Notes under the pieces: model-generated
Seen by the model: the letters and a program-made list of their open reading frames with translations, nothing else
The model's database searches: none
Told to the model about the DNA's origin: nothing
Origin: Rhizophagus irregularis
Taxonomy: Eukaryota
NCBI RefSeq assembly: GCF_026210795.1
Contig: NC_089429.1
Location: 1,612,001 to 1,676,000 of the forward strand
Length of the DNA: 64,000 nucleotides
Direction of reading: 5' to 3'
Translations under genes and position numbers: made by a program
Shown: positions 61,026 to 64,000 of the stretch, piece after piece
How the letters are laid out: every line of letters begins with the position of its first letter
How positions within the stretch are numbered: the stretch's first letter is position 1

Positions 61026-62558
61026 CCCTATAAAAAATATGTATACGGAAAGGATACGTTTTGTATACATTTTATGTACGTTTCTATAGATTCCGTATAC
61101 AAATTCCGTATATTTAATAAGTAATTCATTTTTGAACATTTTTTTAAAAAACTAATGTATAAGAAATGTATACGGAAAAAATTAATCATGCGGAATGTAT
61201 ACGGAATTTTTAAACTTAATATTTTTAGAAGATAATTTTACAAAAATTCCGTATCATAACACGAGATCACATGATTGTTTATTGTTTTGTTATGATACGT
61301 TTTTTGTTTTTTATATAAACCCTTACTTTGATGAGTTTGATCTTCCGATCTTCCTTTCTGTCTTTCCTTTCCTTTCTCTTTCTCTTGTCATATTTTTGTT
61401 ATTTTTTCTAAATTTTTCTTCTTTCTTCGTCACCCCTTTTAAAAATAATTTTTTTTTTCGTACCTCACTTTAAAAAATTTTTTTTTCGTCACTCTCCTTT
61501 GAAAAAAAATTTTTTTTCATCACTCCCTTAAAAAAAAATTTTTCTTTTATTTCCCACTCTTCTTTTTTTTTAAAAAAAAATTTCTTCTTTCTATTTCTAT
61601 TTCCTCTTTATAAAAAAAATTTTTATTTTTCTAACTTTGACGTCCTCCCTTTAAAAAAAAATTTTTTTTTAACTTTCCTAACTTCGTTATCCCTCTTTTT
61701 AAAAAAATATTTTTTTTGGTTTATTCTTTATTCCCCTTTCTTCTTTATTTATATTTAATTTCATAGGCCAGCAGATTTTTTTTGTGAGAATATTCAGTTT
61801 CTTTTTTTTTTTTTGTAGATCAGTTTGGGAGTCCTTTTCTTTTTGTAGGATGATTCAGGATTTTTTTCTTTTTTTAGGTCAGTTCGAATTTTTTTGTTTT
61901 TTTGTATGTTGGGTTCAGATTCTTTTCTTTTTGTAGGTTGTTTCAGTTTTGTTGCTTCAGAGTCTGCTTTTTTTGTAGGTCAGTTTTGGATTTATTTTGT
62001 TGTTTTGGTTTCTTTTTCATTAGACGCCTCATAATTCTTTTCTTTTATGTAGGTTAGACATTCTGGAGTTCTCTTTCTTTTTTTGTAGGAATGCTGACCT
62101 TTGGTGACTTGGACGATTGCAGATGGGGGTTTTGTTTCCAATCTTTTTTTTTTGTTCTTTTAGGTTGTTTGACTACAAATGAACCTGAACTTATAGATAA
62201 TTTAGGTTGCAATAGGTGGTTTTAATAAAGAGGGAATTTTCATAATGTATTTGTACTTTGTTTATTTTTTTATTTTTTATTTAATTTAATAAAGTGAAAT
62301 TAGATTTATGTAAATACAATTATAGTAAACTGTAATACAAATAGTAAATTCAGTGACCAAATCGTATAAATTTCGTGATAAAATCAGTGATCAAATCATG
62401 TAAATTCCATATAAATCCCGTGCAAATTCCGTATCCAAACCATATTTTTGGTGATACGGAATTGTGCATTTTTCCGTATCCTATTATGATACGTTATTTC
62501 TAAGGAAAAAAAATCGTATAAAAACTTTATAAAAAACGTATCCAATTTTTTTATAGGG
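61026..62558. mobile_element. 1.5-kb non-autonomous CACTA/CMC-like element, TIR CCCTATAAAAAA, TSD TTA
   Basis: ccctataaaaaa at 61026 and ttttttataggg ending 62558; tta on both flanks; direct and inverted ccgtat/atacgg subterminal repeats; low-complexity interior, no transposase ORF. Confidence 0.88.
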
Positions 62559-64000
62559 TTACTATCAGGTATTAGCTGAATGAAGTAATAGGAATTTTTT
62601 ATATATATAATTTAAATATGAATAAAATAATTTTTAAGGTTGATAAAATAATTTCTTATTCAAAGTTATGACTTTTATTAACGGTTTAGAGTCAAATATC
62701 AAAAAAGTATAATATACATTGATAAATCCTTTCGTGAGTTTCGTCCATATATAAATATTCCATAAAATGATTTTTCACGCCAAAAATCATGCTATTTAGT
62801 ATATTTAGTAACATGAGAAATAAAAACAACAAAAACTTGTAATAAATTAATTAATTTTTTAAATAACTAATTCAAAGAATAGAAAACTAACGTAAATTTA
62901 AATAGGGATTTAATTTTACTCATAAATCATAATATAATTTGTATGTTATTTTTTAAAATTTTATGGGTGAATTAAAACTAAAGGCGGAAAGATGATATTT
63001 TATGAAATCCGGGACAGTAATTTTCTTTATAAAAAGAAAGTAACTCTGAGACAAATTTATTGATAATTATATTATAACGGAATATTTAATAATATTCACA
63101 ATTCCAACTAAATATTTTCAAGATAAACCGAAATTTTATTTTGGCTTAAGTCATGACCAAGAGTCTTCAAGCAACCATTAAAATATTATTTTTTAATAAT
63201 AACTGAAATATAGTATAATTTGAAATTTTCTTAAAGCTTATTTGGAGTCTAAAAAAAAATAATAGTAGGCTTTAAATAATAGTGATTTTTATTAAAAACT
63301 TATTTAACCTTTTAAATCTTATTTTTAAAAAAGTTTTAGAGATTTTAAATTAATTAAATATCCGATTAAATTAATTAAATACATATCAGATATATCCTAA
63401 ATAACTATAAGTAAATTAAAATGTCTATTTCTGTTGACTTTCATAATTATTAGCTGTAACTAATTTGTCGTGTTTGCAGCAGGATTAATGAGTAATATAA
63501 TTTATTTGGATTATAATGTGGGTGAAAAATAAAATTTTACTATATAAAATAAATAAATATAATTTAAAAAAAATTATTAATTTTATTATTTTTTTTTTGG
63601 CTGGATATTTTTTAAAAATCATTTATTCTATCCTAACTAAAAAAAGAAATCATATAAAATATATTTATTTATTTCGATTACATAGCAGTACCTACTTAAA
63701 AGGCAAAAAAATTAGGAAAAAGAAAGTAAAAAAAGTTAACCAAGAAATAAAAAATTATTAGTGCTTGCCGTAACACCGCAGTATTGATCCAAACTTAAGC
63801 GGTGAAGGAACAAAAAACATTAGGAAAAAAGTATTATTATATAGAAATAAAATTAAAACCGAAAAAAAGTAAAAATAAAAAGAAAATTTGTTTAAGAAAA
63901 AAAATTGGTTTAAACTGAAAAAAATAGATACCCTTTTGGCTTCTTGATTCCACAAATCTAAACTTAAAAAAAAAATCAAAAAAAAAAAAAAAATCGAAAA

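Noticed and set aside
63516..63979. Two short ORFs at the window end
   Set aside because: Low-complexity K/F/I/N translations of AT-rich DNA.

Overview
Very AT-rich eukaryotic genomic DNA with short GT-AG introns. The gene families and their signature peptides point to an arbuscular mycorrhizal fungus (Glomeromycotina, Rhizophagus-like); this is inference, not shown by a marker gene. The window is an accessory, birth-and-death region dominated by ubiquitin-system genes: seven intronless F-box/LRR genes plus two F-box pseudogenes, four BTB-BACK-TLDc genes (three in tandem), and a minimal 3-exon RBR E3 ligase head-to-head with an F-box gene. It also holds a Cys-rich TKL-type kinase and a deleted paralogue of it, a Crinkler (CRN) N-terminal pseudogene, and an 8-exon EF-hand gene that the ORF track largely misses, built by triplication of a two-exon module and ending in a predicted membrane anchor. 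Intergenic DNA carries many small TIR elements (three CCCTA-ended elements with 3-bp TSDs, a hAT-type MITE with a perfect 8-bp TSD, foldback MITEs), a Plavaka-like transposase relic, minisatellites and a recurring TCACGTGA motif. No rRNA, intact tRNA or CRISPR array is seen. All domain calls come from motif recognition by eye.
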